From: Paramoeba atlantica
Taxonomy: Eukaryota > Protista > Discosea
Length of the DNA: 64,000 nt
Assembly (NCBI GenBank): GCA_977017575.1
Contig: CDRNVI010000025.1
Span: 163,229-227,228 of the forward strand
Direction: 5' to 3'
Shown: piece by piece, positions 12,845 to 24,327 of the stretch
Numbering within the stretch: position 1 is the first letter of the stretch
How the letters are laid out: each line of letters begins with the position of its first letter
Program-made: the position numbers and the translations under genes
The notes under the pieces: generated by a model
Databases searched by the model: none
What the model was told of the DNA's origin: nothing
The model's input: the letters and a program-made list of their open reading frames with translations, nothing else

Positions 12845-14300
12845 CCTTTCCTTATTGTAAGACCTTTCCTTATTGTAAGACCTTTCCTTATTGTAAGACC
12901 TTTCCTTATTGTAAGACCTTTCCTTATTGTAAGACCTTTCCTTATTGTAAGACCTTTCCTTATTGTAAGACCTTTCCTTATTGTAAGACCTTTCCTTATT
13001 GTAAGACCTTTCCTTATTGTAAGACCTTTCCTTATTGTAAGACCTTTCCTTATTGTAAGACCTTTCCTTATTGTAAGACCTTTCCTTATTGTAAGACCTT
13101 TCCTTATTGTAAGACCTTTCCTTATTGTAAGACCTTTCCTTATTGTAAGACCTTTCCTTATTGTAAGACCTTTCCTTATTGTAAGACCTTTCCTTATTGT
13201 AAGACCTTTCCTTATTGTAAGACCTTTCCTTATTGTAAGACCTTTCCTTATTGTAAGACCTTTCCTTATTGTAAGACCTTTCCTTATTGTAAGACCTTTC
13301 CTTATTGTAAGACCTTTCCTTATTGTAAGACCTTTCCTTATTGTAAGACCTTTCCTTATTGTAAGACCTTTCCTTATTGTAAGACCTTTCCTTATTGTAA
13401 GACCTTTCCTTATTGTAAGACCTTTCCTTATTGTAAGACCTTTCCTTATTGTAAGACCTTTCCTTATTGTAAGACCTTTCCTTATTGTAAGACCTTTCCT
13501 TATTGTAAGACCTTTCCTTATTGTAAGACCTTTCCTTATTGTAAGACCTTTCCTTATTGTAAGACCTTTCCTTATTGTAAGACCTTTCCTTATTGTAAGA
13601 CCTTTCCTTATTGTAAGACCTTTCCTTATTGTAAGACCTTTCCTTATTGTAAGACCTTTCCTTATTGTAAGACCTTTCCTTATTGTAAGACCTTTCCTTA
13701 TTGTAAGACCTTTCCTTATTGTAAGACCTTTCCTTATTGTAAGACCTTTCCTTATTGTAAGACCTTTCCTTATTGTAAGACCTTTCCTTATTGTAATGAC
13801 CTTTCCTTATTGTAAGACCTTTCCTTATTGTAAGACCTTTCCTTATTGTAAGACCTTTCCTTATTGTAAGACCTTTCCTTATTGTAAGACCTTTCCTTAT
13901 TGTAAGACCTTTCCTTATTGTAAGACCTTTCCTTATTGTAAGACCTTTCCTTATTGTAAGACCTTTCCTTATTGTAAGACCTTTCCTATTGTAAGACCTT
14001 TCCTTATTGTAAGACCTTTCCTTATTGTAAGACCTTTCCTTATTGTAAGACCTTTCCTTATTGTAAGACCTTTCCTTATTGTAAGACCTTTCCTTATTGT
14101 AAGACCTTTCCTTATTGTAAGACCTTTCCTTATTGTAAGACCTTTCCTTATTGTAAGACCTTTCCTTATTGTAAGACCTTTCCTTATTGTAAGACCTTTC
14201 CTTATTGTAAGACCTTTCCTTATTGTAAGACCTTTCCTTATTGTAAGACCTTTCCTTATTGTAAGACCTTTCCTTATTGTAAGACCTTTCCTTATTGTAA
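12845..14300 (+). repeat. About 81 near-perfect copies of 18-bp GACCTTTCCTTATTGTAA
   Basis: Visible directly; the only differences I saw are single-base indels near 13797 and 13987. Confidence 0.97.
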
Positions 14301-17300
14301 TCGTTATAATAAGGCCATGGATACCTCCGGCACGGTCAATGAGAGAAAGCGGTGTTCTGACCCGGTTGCTCTTATTGGTCGGTCCAGGTTAGGTCGGGGC
14401 GTCAATTTTTGGCCATCAAAGTCAAAGGTTGGCGTAGCAAAACTCCGTGATCGTGCGGTAACCAGTATGTCCAACACGATTCGTGCGGGGTCTCGTGTCG
14501 CTGTGGTCTGGCGCTGGTCGTTTGCTCAAAGGCTAAAGATGTGGCAAGGGACTGCGAAATTTCGGACCAAAAATGGTCTATGGCGTATTCGCTATGACTG
14601 TTGTCCTGGAGTATCGTTTCCTTTTCCCCCTATAGACCCACGAGTAGCGATCTGTGCGGGCCGCGTGGCACCCCCCCGTAAGAAGAAATGTAGGAAGCAC
14701 CGTTCTGCGCGACTTCCCCGTCGGAATGGCTCCCCGGCGGTCGAGGAATCTAACCCCATTGCCACGAACAAGACGCTACATCTTGCAACTCTAAACGTCA
14801 CTACCCTGAAACTAAAGGGAACTGATTATTTCTCCCTTCGCAAATCGACACGACTACGGGAAATTATGTCGTACATGGTCGAGCGAGGCCTTGCCCTCTG
14901 TTGCCTTCAGGAAACTCGTGTACAAACCGATATCATTCAAAACATTGCACATCAGACAATTCGTCATGGAAAGTTCGTATTTCATGTTTATATTCAAGGC
15001 GCTATCAAAGGTTACGGTGGACTCATGATTCTAAGCCTATTTGAGCCTGCTCTTGTGTCGCGAATCAGTGATCGGATCCAACAGGTTACTCTAGACTTAC
15101 CAAAATTCCACGGTGTGCTATTCAATGTTTATGCCCCCACGGCGGTGGCAAAAGATGACGTAAAGGAGAAATTTTGCAATGATCTACGTGATGCATGGAA
15201 TCTTAGTAATGCGAAAATAAAACTTGTTCTGGGGGATCTTAATGCGCCACTGACAGATAAGTGTCAGCGAATAATGCGTAAAAATAAGGCACAACATCGG
15301 CTTACCAATTTACTGTCTGAGCTTGGGGCTCGCGCGGCACATACATCCTGCCCAAGCAGAAAGAAGTGGACTTATACTTTTCAAAATGGAACTGTAAAAC
15401 AACTAGACCATATTCTTGTCAACAAACGTTTCGTCACTACCTTACATGGCCACAGAGTTCTCCAACCCCCGGTGCCGACTCGACATCAAATAGTAACAGT
15501 AAAAACTAAGTTTCGTTGGAAAGCTTCAGTAAATGACGGTAGCTTGCGATTACCGTGGTATCAGTTAAAGGATCCACAAATATGTATGGACTTCATACGC
15601 CGTGTGAAAGAGAACTACACCGAACATGCGGAGATAGTTGGGATGAAAAGAAGACGAAATGAGCCAAACCAGAAAATGTCAACTGAAATGCCTGTGATAT
15701 TTCCAAGTGATATTTTGTGGGATAAATTGGAAAAAGCAATTATCATGGCTGCTGAATCTATACCAACGAAGGAGGAAAACATAAACATGTTTGCTTCAAA
15801 CGATGAAACTACTACACAGTTGCGAATCCGTGACATTTTCCGTACGTCTCAAAGTCCGCAGAGGTTCGATTCTCTAGTAAAAGAACATAGCATCACCGTG
15901 AATGAAAATATCACTCAAGAATGCCTGTCTCTACAACAAAACTTTCAAAGATACAAACGTTCTTCTTGGAGACATGTTAAAATGATGACTGGGCACACTT
16001 CATCACGCCTCAGACCGCCAGGAAAAACAAAAAGCGAACAATTATGTAATGTGCGATTACACTTTCAGAATACTGTGCAACTAAAGGAGGTAGACAACAA
16101 GATCAAATTTGCGGAAGCGCCAAAGTCGTTTATCCCTATATCTGATGGACCGTTTGATCTCAATGAATTGACGACTGCTCTTAAAGATATGGCAACTGGT
16201 AAAGCACCAGGCATTGACTCGATTCCAATTGAAGCCTTACGAGTACTGAACAGCGATCCGTTCATACAATCTATTCTTCTACATTTAATTAATATGGTTC
16301 GTGAGAGCGGAAGAGCGCCACAGACATGGAAACGAGTTATCCAAGTCCCAGTTCCGAAAAAAGGCGACTTAGGCAACATGAACAATTGGAGACCAATATG
16401 TCTAATAGTGCACGCTGCAAAACTCATGAACCGTATGATACTAAATCGAATTCTTCCTACAGTGGATGCTCAATTAAGTGATTGTCAATACGGATTCCGA
16501 CCCAATAGAGCAACAACGGGAGCACAAGCAACCCTCATTGAGTTGTGCCAGAAAGCGTCTCGTGAGAATCCTGGTGTTGCGCTAGGCTTCGTGGATTTCC
16601 GTCAGGCATTTCCTTCAGTCAGCTTTTTCTCCATTCGTGCTGCACTGGAAGCCTTTCACATCCCGCAGCATCTCAGCAGCATGATAATGTCTATGTATGA
16701 AAAAACAGAAGCAGTTGTACGATGCAAAAGCGGAGTTACTGATACGTTTCCGATCCAGTGTGGCACACTTCAAGGTGATGTTTTGGCCCCTGTCCTATTC
16801 CTCATGGTTCTGGATCGAGTCATGGCTGAAGTGTATAAGGAAAATGAGTTCGGACTTATCTTGCGAAGGGCGGGCACAAAAAGACAAGGAAAGCCTGCGC
16901 AATGTCTAAATTATTTAGCATACGCGGATGATTTAGTGCTCATATGTCCCTCTCTTACTAATTTGAATCGCGTTATGGAAAGACTGGAACAAACAGCTGC
17001 GAAAGTCAACTTACGTCTCAACATTGGTGTAAATAAAACTGCGTGGATGACAGTAGGTCAAGTGAATGACGCACAAGGAGACTTGATTCTAACGAATGGG
17101 GGGTTGGTGCCTCGAATCACCGAATATCGATACTTGGGGTTGAAAATTACTAATAAGGGTGTCATTGTAAACTTTGAAGACCGAATTAACTTAGCGTGGG
17201 CTGCAACACATCGCTTACAGTCATTATGGAAATCAGGCCTCACGCTTGTCACAAAATTTCACTTATTCGAATCTCTGGTTTCACCTTTATTGCTGTATGG

Positions 17301-19058
17301 CTGTGGAAACTTTTCCCTAATAAAAAAAGACGCTGATTTAATTGACTGTGAAGTGAACCGAATGAGAAGACTAGCGCTCGGGGTTCGTACTTGGGATGGT
17401 ACAAGAGGTACACCATGTGATGCACTATATGGGAACAGAATGCGACTTTCTAACGCATGTCGAGTCCTCCGAGTTCAAATGCTAGGACACCTGATCCGCG
17501 GCAATAATCCCTTCAAATCGGTAATGCTATGGCGCAAAGCAACAGGAAAGAAATATCGTCCCACTCTATCAGAGGCATGTGCTGAAGACATGGAACTAGA
17601 TGTCGAAGATCTCAATGTCCTAGCGGGAGATCGGGATTGGTGGGCGTCGAGAGTTAAATTTTTGCGTGAATATCTTGAATCTCACAAATCCTACATGGTT
17701 TTCGGCTCTAGATCCTGGAAGAAGGTATGCCAGGACTTAGATACTACCACCTACAAAGTACTCGAAGGAATTGAAGAAGGCACGGACCATTCTCCTCTCT
17801 CAGCTGATTCCGAACACATATACGTAGATGGGGCTGTCAGTTCAGAAGCAGGAAAACCAGCCGCGGGTTCGGGGATAGTTATTGTTAATTCAAATGGTGT
17901 AAGAACCAGACAACACGTTTTACCACCGGAATGCACTTCACCGGATCGGGCTGAACTTCGCTCCTTTCTTTTAGGCATTCAGGCAGCTTCGTCTTCTACG
18001 AGGAACACAGTTATACATACTGATTCTCATTATGTATGGGACTGGTATCATAATGTTAGGGTTCGTTTTTCAATCATTGGATACGGTGGCATGCCAAATG
18101 CTGACCTACTCACGCAGATACAAGGAGCAATTAAAGAGCGTTGTACAGATAGTAGTCTCTACGTTATTAAAGTGCGGGCACACTGCGGGAATTCCTTCAA
18201 TGAAAAAGCTGATGAAATAGCACGCAAAGCACAGAGAACAGCTGCACGTCGTTTTTCATGCGTCATTCACACGCAAAGGGAGGGAAACAAATCTAATCAC
18301 GGTCAAAAAAGGGAGCATGATCTCCAAGAAAAATCTCCACACAAAGTGAATATGAAAAAAGGGAAACTGAAAAATACAGAAGAAGGCAGCACAGTCAGGA
18401 TTGCTCGTTCACTCAACCCAGAAGCTAATACCGGGGATCCAGTAACGTTTTCTCAGTACAAGACATCACGGGGTAGACTGACGAATGCCCCCATTTTTGT
18501 GAAGAAAAGCCGCTATATGTAATCGAAATTTGCTGTGTATAACTTTGCGCATTAATCTGGAACGCTTATTTTCAGGAGTGTTATGTCCTCTTGGTACATT
18601 TATTTATCAACGCGTTAATAATATTCTGGAGCATTTATGTATATTTCATTGCTAAATATCCGTACTCATCGAAAACACTGAGTGGGGTACGTAATATTGA
18701 TAGTATACGGTGGTTTATTTGGCAAGCAGAGAACAAGTTGGCGCTGAGTTGCTCTTCGGGCATATGACGCGGCAATGAAGGCAAGAACTTGCGTACTGCT
18801 TAACCCTTGGTACCGCGTTGAATATCGATGGTGAAATATTGAGCTGAAAATGGCTAATTGTAAGATTGTTCTGGTTTGCTTGTGCTCGTTTGTACACGTT
18901 TTCTCCTAATTGCAAAAGAGGATAGGTCTCCTACCTCCATTCGCATAATCCGCGGTTTGGCCTATTCGTGATGTGGATAGATGTTTCAGTGCGCTAAGGA
19001 GAGTGTACGTTGAAAGTTGCATGTGTATAGTCTTTTGTTATTATTATTATTATTATTA
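12850..19058 (+). mobile_element. RTE-like LINE insertion unit: 18-bp array, ORF, 3'UTR, (ATT)n tail; 13-bp TSD
   Basis: TTGTGTTTCCTTT at 12837-12849 and 19059-19071; (ATT)n at about 19038-19060; the flanks rejoin into one ORF. Confidence 0.9.
14317..18522 (+). CDS. APE endonuclease-RT-RNase H polyprotein (1401 aa), RTE-like, apparently intact
   Basis: APE: TLNVTT, CLQETR, NVYAPT, LGDLNA, LDHILV. RT: GKAPGID, WRPICL, FVDFRQAF, QGDVLAP, YADD, YRYLG. RNase H: YVDG, RAEL, HTDS, KVRAH, NEKADEIAR. Confidence 0.93.
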   Translation: MDTSGTVNERKRCSDPVALIGRSRLGRGVNFWPSKSKVGVAKLRDRAVTSMSNTIRAGSRVAVVWRWSFAQRLKMWQGTAKFRTKNGLWRIRYDCCPGVSFPFPPIDPRVAICAGRVAPPRKKKCRKHRSARLPRRNGSPAVEESNPIATNKTLHLATLNVTTLKLKGTDYFSLRKSTRLREIMSYMVERGLALCCLQETRVQTDIIQNIAHQTIRHGKFVFHVYIQGAIKGYGGLMILSLFEPALVSRISDRIQQVTLDLPKFHGVLFNVYAPTAVAKDDVKEKFCNDLRDAWNLSNAKIKLVLGDLNAPLTDKCQRIMRKNKAQHRLTNLLSELGARAAHTSCPSRKKWTYTFQNGTVKQLDHILVNKRFVTTLHGHRVLQPPVPTRHQIVTVKTKFRWKASVNDGSLRLPWYQLKDPQICMDFIRRVKENYTEHAEIVGMKRRRNEPNQKMSTEMPVIFPSDILWDKLEKAIIMAAESIPTKEENINMFASNDETTTQLRIRDIFRTSQSPQRFDSLVKEHSITVNENITQECLSLQQNFQRYKRSSWRHVKMMTGHTSSRLRPPGKTKSEQLCNVRLHFQNTVQLKEVDNKIKFAEAPKSFIPISDGPFDLNELTTALKDMATGKAPGIDSIPIEALRVLNSDPFIQSILLHLINMVRESGRAPQTWKRVIQVPVPKKGDLGNMNNWRPICLIVHAAKLMNRMILNRILPTVDAQLSDCQYGFRPNRATTGAQATLIELCQKASRENPGVALGFVDFRQAFPSVSFFSIRAALEAFHIPQHLSSMIMSMYEKTEAVVRCKSGVTDTFPIQCGTLQGDVLAPVLFLMVLDRVMAEVYKENEFGLILRRAGTKRQGKPAQCLNYLAYADDLVLICPSLTNLNRVMERLEQTAAKVNLRLNIGVNKTAWMTVGQVNDAQGDLILTNGGLVPRITEYRYLGLKITNKGVIVNFEDRINLAWAATHRLQSLWKSGLTLVTKFHLFESLVSPLLLYGCGNFSLIKKDADLIDCEVNRMRRLALGVRTWDGTRGTPCDALYGNRMRLSNACRVLRVQMLGHLIRGNNPFKSVMLWRKATGKKYRPTLSEACAEDMELDVEDLNVLAGDRDWWASRVKFLREYLESHKSYMVFGSRSWKKVCQDLDTTTYKVLEGIEEGTDHSPLSADSEHIYVDGAVSSEAGKPAAGSGIVIVNSNGVRTRQHVLPPECTSPDRAELRSFLLGIQAASSSTRNTVIHTDSHYVWDWYHNVRVRFSIIGYGGMPNADLLTQIQGAIKERCTDSSLYVIKVRAHCGNSFNEKADEIARKAQRTAARRFSCVIHTQREGNKSNHGQKREHDLQEKSPHKVNMKKGKLKNTEEGSTVRIARSLNPEANTGDPVTFSQYKTSRGRLTNAPIFVKKSRYM

Positions 19059-19071
19059 TTGTGTTTCCTTT

Positions 19072-19302
19072 TGATCGCGTCGTTGATTAGTTGGATGCAT
19101 TTTTTAGACCTGTTGCTCTGCGAAAGCTCGTGTATTACGGTTAAGTCATAGTATACCTCGCCGTTGTTCCAATAAATAACGAGATCCGGTCCGGATCGGC
19201 ATAGCCGTCTTCCAGTGCAAACTTTCTGATGAGTTACGTGATTGCTTGGACTAATTATATCTCCGCACTGCAGACATTTCCATGACGAGAAAGCTCATTC
19301 AT
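19072..19302 (-). mobile_element. S-family RLE element, 5' piece of the element split by the LINE
   Basis: Hand translation FSSWKCLQCGDIISPSNHVTHQKVCTGRRLCRSGPDLVIYW..YDLTVIHEL, homologous to ORF 33903..35402. Confidence 0.9.
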
Positions 19303-20516
19303 GAATTGCCCTCCGGGTGAGCCCCTGCACAACATAAAGAAACTATAAAATATATTGTACGAAAAGGTGAACTTCAGTCTACATAATGTATATTGATAAT
19401 TTGTTTTAACGGTATCCTATGTACATCTCTGCACTCTTTTATTTTACAATTGAATTTGAAACTATCCGTAGAAACCAATTTGAACAAACTAATAATACTA
19501 TAACATTCACTCACCGAGAGATGCATTGTCTCTCCCTGTCGCGAACGGGTGTCCACGCGGGGAGTGGTTTGGGGGTTGGTGGGCGGGACAAAATTTTCGT
19601 ACGGATATAATCTTCTATCCTTTACCAAAGTATAAATAATTGATGTACGATTAAACTCTGACAATTTAACTAAGTAAAAATCATAATATGAGAATATCAT
19701 GTGCCCCGTGGGGCCACCCCCCCCCCCACCCTACAGGAAACTCGATATCCTTCGAACAATTCTATTCGTAGACTTCTAGAATTGCCCTCCGGGTGAGCCC
19801 CTGCACAACATAAAGAAACTATAAAATATATTGTACGAAAAGGTGAACTTCAGTCTACATAATGTATATTGATAATTTGTTTTAACGGTATCCTATGTAC
19901 ATCTCTGCACTCTTTTATTTTACAATTGAATTTGAAACTATCCGTAGAAACCAATTTGAACAAACTAATAATACTATAACATTCACTCACCGAGAGATGC
20001 ATTGTCTCTCCCTGTCGCGAACGGGTGTCCACGCGGGGAGTGGTTTGGGGGTTGGTGGGCGGGACAAAATTTTCGTACGGATATAATCTTCTATCCTTTA
20101 CCAAAGTATAAATAATTGATGTACGATTAAACTCTGACAATTTAACTAAGTAAAAATCATAATATGAGAATATCATGTGCCCCGTGGGGCCACCCCCCCC
20201 CCCCACCCTACAGGAAACTCGATATCCTTCGAACAATTCTATTCGTAGACTTCTAGAATTGCCCTCCGGGTGAGCCCCTGCACAACATAAAGAAACTATA
20301 AAATATATTGTACGAAAAGGTGAACTTCAGTCTACATAATGTATATTGATAATTTGTTTTAACGGTATCCTATGTACATCTCTGCACTCTTTTATTTTAC
20401 AATTGAATTTGAAACTATCCGTAGAAACCAATTTGAACAAACTAATAATACTATAACATTCACTCACCGAGAGATGCATTGTCTCTCCCTGTCGCGAACG
20501 GGTGTCCACGCGGGGA
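19303..20516. repeat. 2.5 tandem copies of a 476-477 bp unit (B-A-B-A-B) at the 3' end of the YR element
   Basis: B = 19303-19563, 19779-20039, 20256-20516; A = 19564-19778, 20040-20255; copies essentially identical. Confidence 0.93.
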
Positions 20517-22173
20517 CCACCCTTTCGCTAGTCACAAATTTTCCCTTTCGCACTGCTCTGGATCTGTTGTCGACTGATTGGATCTGCGGGATTCAATTTT
20601 GATGAAATATATTCCGGCTGTACGGTAATTCCCTGCTTTCTTAAGAATTGCAGCAATGGCTTCAGTTCAAAATGAATTCCGTCTGAGTTTGTTGATTTCT
20701 TTTTAATTGATGCTAAACACGATGTGTTATCGATGAAAAGGTCCATACAAGTTCCTCGGTGGAAGTGATGTACCAAACGCTCGAAAGCGAGACGAACGGC
20801 CCTCGTCTCTGCTTTGTTCACTTCGTACGCGAAGTTCTCCTCCCAGCGATCCCCCACACAAACTACTTGCCCGTAGTCGAGGTACAATATTGCTCCCCAT
20901 CCCGTCGACGAAGCATCCGTGTATAAGGTGTGGCGGTGTGGAACTGTATCCGGATGAGGAGGGGGTGTTACTGGATTATTTAAGCATATCTTATTCTTCC
21001 ATTCCGTCAATGCCAAAGTTACATACGGAGGGAGCGGTACCCGTACGTTGTGTAGTTCAGGTTTGTTGTTGAGCGCATTGATACGTCTGCGAACCAATTT
21101 TAGGGGAAAATGGTAGTTTGTTATCGGTTCACCCAGAACTGAGGATGCGTGCACGAGTCGTCCCACTGCTGATTCAAGTTGCTCAAAAGTAGCATAACGA
21201 AATCTATCCTCTTTCATTCGCTGAATTATCTTTGGTCCCATTTTTACCTTACCCTCTTCGTGACAAAACTCCACTCCATTGAAAACATAGTTCGTCATAG
21301 GATCCGTGCCCTCGTCCTTGAAAGTTGCATTAACGCTGCCAGCTCGAGAGTCAATGAATTGTTTATACGCGCTCGCCTCTTCTTCCCCTCCCGCGTACCT
21401 TACTCCATCAACATAGACGTCAGCTTTAAAGGCTCCATCATACGCGGAACTCTCGCTGCAATAATGCGGATCCCCGGCCAATGTTGATGTAATTGTGTGC
21501 ATGATTTCCGGGGCACACCTATGCCCCATCGGCATAACTTTTAGTTCATATAGGTCTCCATTGCTTCCTCGAAATCTAAACTTTGCCCGTGCCTGCTCCG
21601 GCACACTCACCTGATAAAAACCACATGATAAGTCGCGCTTCATCCCGTACGGCTCTTTCGCTCGATGCAAATAGAAAGCAGCGTGCTTTAAGGGAACGTA
21701 AGGTATGTAATCTTCTTTGAGTCTCTTGTTGTCCTCTCGAGTCCACGCTATAAATCTGCGGCGCTTTTCAACTCCAGTTTCATCCGCGGGTTCAATAACC
21801 GTAAAGGGTATCACCCACTGATTGGTGGGGCGTTTGTTTTCTTCGTCCGGTGATACTTTACTAATAATATTTGCATCTTCCAACTCTTTGATATCTTTTT
21901 CCGGTAAAGTAGGTGCAAATTTTGGCGATTCATCTTCATTTTTTTCCAACTTAAAGAGGGTGTTTAGCGTCTCACAAAATCGGGCAGATGCTGCCCCGTT
22001 CATCATATTCCGAACTTCGTTCATATTCAACACTTTCACTTTCTTCACATGTAATGGTAGTTTGAGATCATCATGCATAGCGAGCTTTGTGGTGCGTCGG
22101 GTACGCACAATGGTGTAGCGGCTCTTCTCTTGCGGCATATCGCGCAAGTACTGGCGAAATAAATTTTCGGAGC

Positions 22174-24249
22174 TCACAACGTTTTCAGATGCATTGTCGC
22201 TTTCCCAGTTCCAAGAGCGAGCGCGGTAGTGACGGGATCTGAATTGTACCGGAGGAGGGGTTCTATCTGTTGGTGTTTTGCCAGATTCTTCAGTTCGTCG
22301 ATTGTGACCTTCCCATTTGCGACCTGTTTGAACAGCTCCGTGACCGCCCCTCTCTTGGCTGAATGTGTTCCAAAAGTTTGACCGAGCGTTTGCTTGATAT
22401 TTCGATCCATCTGTCGTACGTTCGTTCGGCACATTGTGTTCCACGACTTGAGCGTATGAACGTATTGGGCAAGCTCCGGAGTGCCTTCCCCAAGAATTAC
22501 TGTGTACATTGATGGTCGCCACTGGTTGCAACGCGACGCCTTTGTTCCTCTGCCCCAGGCGATTACTATTCTTTGCGAGGTCACCTGTACGAATCTTTCT
22601 GTCGTTAAATTTGCTGTCTCGGTCCAGCGGGAGGCAGCTTTCCAGCACAGTAGCATTGTCATGCTTTCCGTTAAGACCCTTTCTTTTGTTAAGTTTTTTT
22701 TTTTTTTTTTTTTTTGTTCAAATTGCTCTTCAATAGATTCTCGGGCAGCTGCGAAGTAATATTGTTGTTTCAGAGTGCAAGAAATCGAGGTTCTATAACA
22801 TGGGACACCCCTGCTTTGGCACACAATTTTTTTTTTTTTTTTTTTATATACTTATATACTTTTTTTTTTTTTACTTTCTCAAGTTTACATAAACTTTTAG
22901 TACTGATTTTTGTCTATCTCTTCGCAGACTTTATAATTCCAATTTGTATCTTTTCTGTACTTTTGATTTCTTAAAGAATAGTGCTTTTCTGATAGTCTTG
23001 AGGCTCCAAAAAATGTCGGAGCTGTGCGTATACTTCGGATCCGTTCAGCTCTTGGAGTAGCAACTTGAATGCCTGTTCGGTTTTTTGGGTATCCAACAGG
23101 CAGACATCCGTCAGTGATTTAATTAGGCCCCGTGTGCTCTTATGTAAAGACCCGCAGGACAAGACAGGAAGGCACTCAAAAGCTTCCGCCGGAATCATGC
23201 CACTATTGACATATGTTTCATTTTTCCGCTGTATAGCTTCTCGCACGAGTTGGGAACACTTTTTATTCCGATGGGAAGGCGCGAGCTCATGCACCACAGT
23301 TAGGTCGTAGAACACCACGCCACTGTTCCAGTAGATCGCAAGATCCGGGCCTGAGCGATGAAACTGCCGTCCTCCGCATGTTTTGTGGTGGAGATGCTGA
23401 TTGTTGTAGTCGACTGTATTTCCGCATGTTAGACAACTCCACGTGCTAAAAGAACGCGGCTCTCTTTCGCATGGAATACCAGCTTTCATGCAAAGATCAT
23501 ATAGAAACTTGGTCAACATGTTGTGCTTCGCTGTGGCGTTGAAACCTGTACATTGCACGCATCCGGGGATGTGAGTTAGTGCAGTGTTTGCATCCATCAA
23601 TGTTCGGCATCCAGGGCAAGTCATAGCATCAGGAAGTCTCGGGTGATGTACTCCAAGACGGGGCATGACTTTCCGATTGAGTCAGATTCTTTCGTAGCTT
23701 GTTCAAGAGGTATGGTGTTAGTGGTTCCATTTGGTGTTTCGGCTCCTCCGCACCCTCGGCTTGTAGCGCTTTGCAGAAAAACTTTATTGGTACAGTGCTC
23801 TCTCCGATTAGGTTGAACAGTGCCATTATTGCTCGAGCGTACGTTATTTTCGTTTGCGGAGATATCGGGAGAAGCTGAATGAAAGCGACTGCATGTATTG
23901 GACTTAGATGTATCTTTTTCCACGTGCAAAAGGTCCTGAACCTTTCCCAAAGCCTTGCCCTTGAATCCCACGTTGATGTGCTCCACATTGAGGCCATCCC
24001 ATCCAAGGCCACTCTGACTTCGTGAGTGATCGTACTCACCCCCATCAACAGGCTTATCAGGTTTCTCCTGCCTGATTGCGCCGACTCCAAACTTAACGTT
24101 CCCTGATATAATTTTCCAGATGAAATTAATCTCCCGTCGTAGCTCCGCGCATTGACTACATTCTGTGCTGTCGTCTTTCTTCGTTTGCTGTGCGGAGCCT
24201 CGATCTGCGATGAAATTCTTTTGTATACTATGGACTTCTGTGGTACCAT
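22174..24249 (-). pseudogene. Tyrosine recombinase (356 aa reconstructed), split by an insertion and nested in pol
   Basis: Rejoined KNLTQSES|MTMLLCWKAASRW; THSAKRG; AKHQQIEPLLRY. Confidence 0.88.
22671..23668 (-). mobile_element. Composite 998-bp insertion with 7-bp TSD CTTTCCG
   Basis: TSD at 22664-22670 and 23669-23675. Contents: 18-mer piece, poly(T), internal S-family fragment, poly(T), then the 3' 0.8 kb of an element near-identical to 41580-42396. Confidence 0.9.
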
Positions 24250-24327
24250 TTGATGCGAAATTTTCGTTCCTACGTCGATTCTCCGGTATTCTATATTCGG
24301 AACACTGGCGATTAAAGGACGGGCGTT

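Noticed and set aside
12845-14300. CRISPR array
   Set aside because: No spacers, no cas genes, eukaryotic context.
12794-14392. 532-aa ORF of (VRPFLI)n repeats
   Set aside because: Arithmetic result of a stop-free 18-bp repeat; the frame shifts with single indels and starts in antisense sequence of another element.
14730-14765. 2A-like peptide (VEESNPIA) as in Ingi/L1Tc
   Set aside because: Lacks the essential NPGP.
19374-20602. Short ORFs repeated in the 476-bp units
   Set aside because: No recognisable motifs; they lie in AT-rich terminal repeats.
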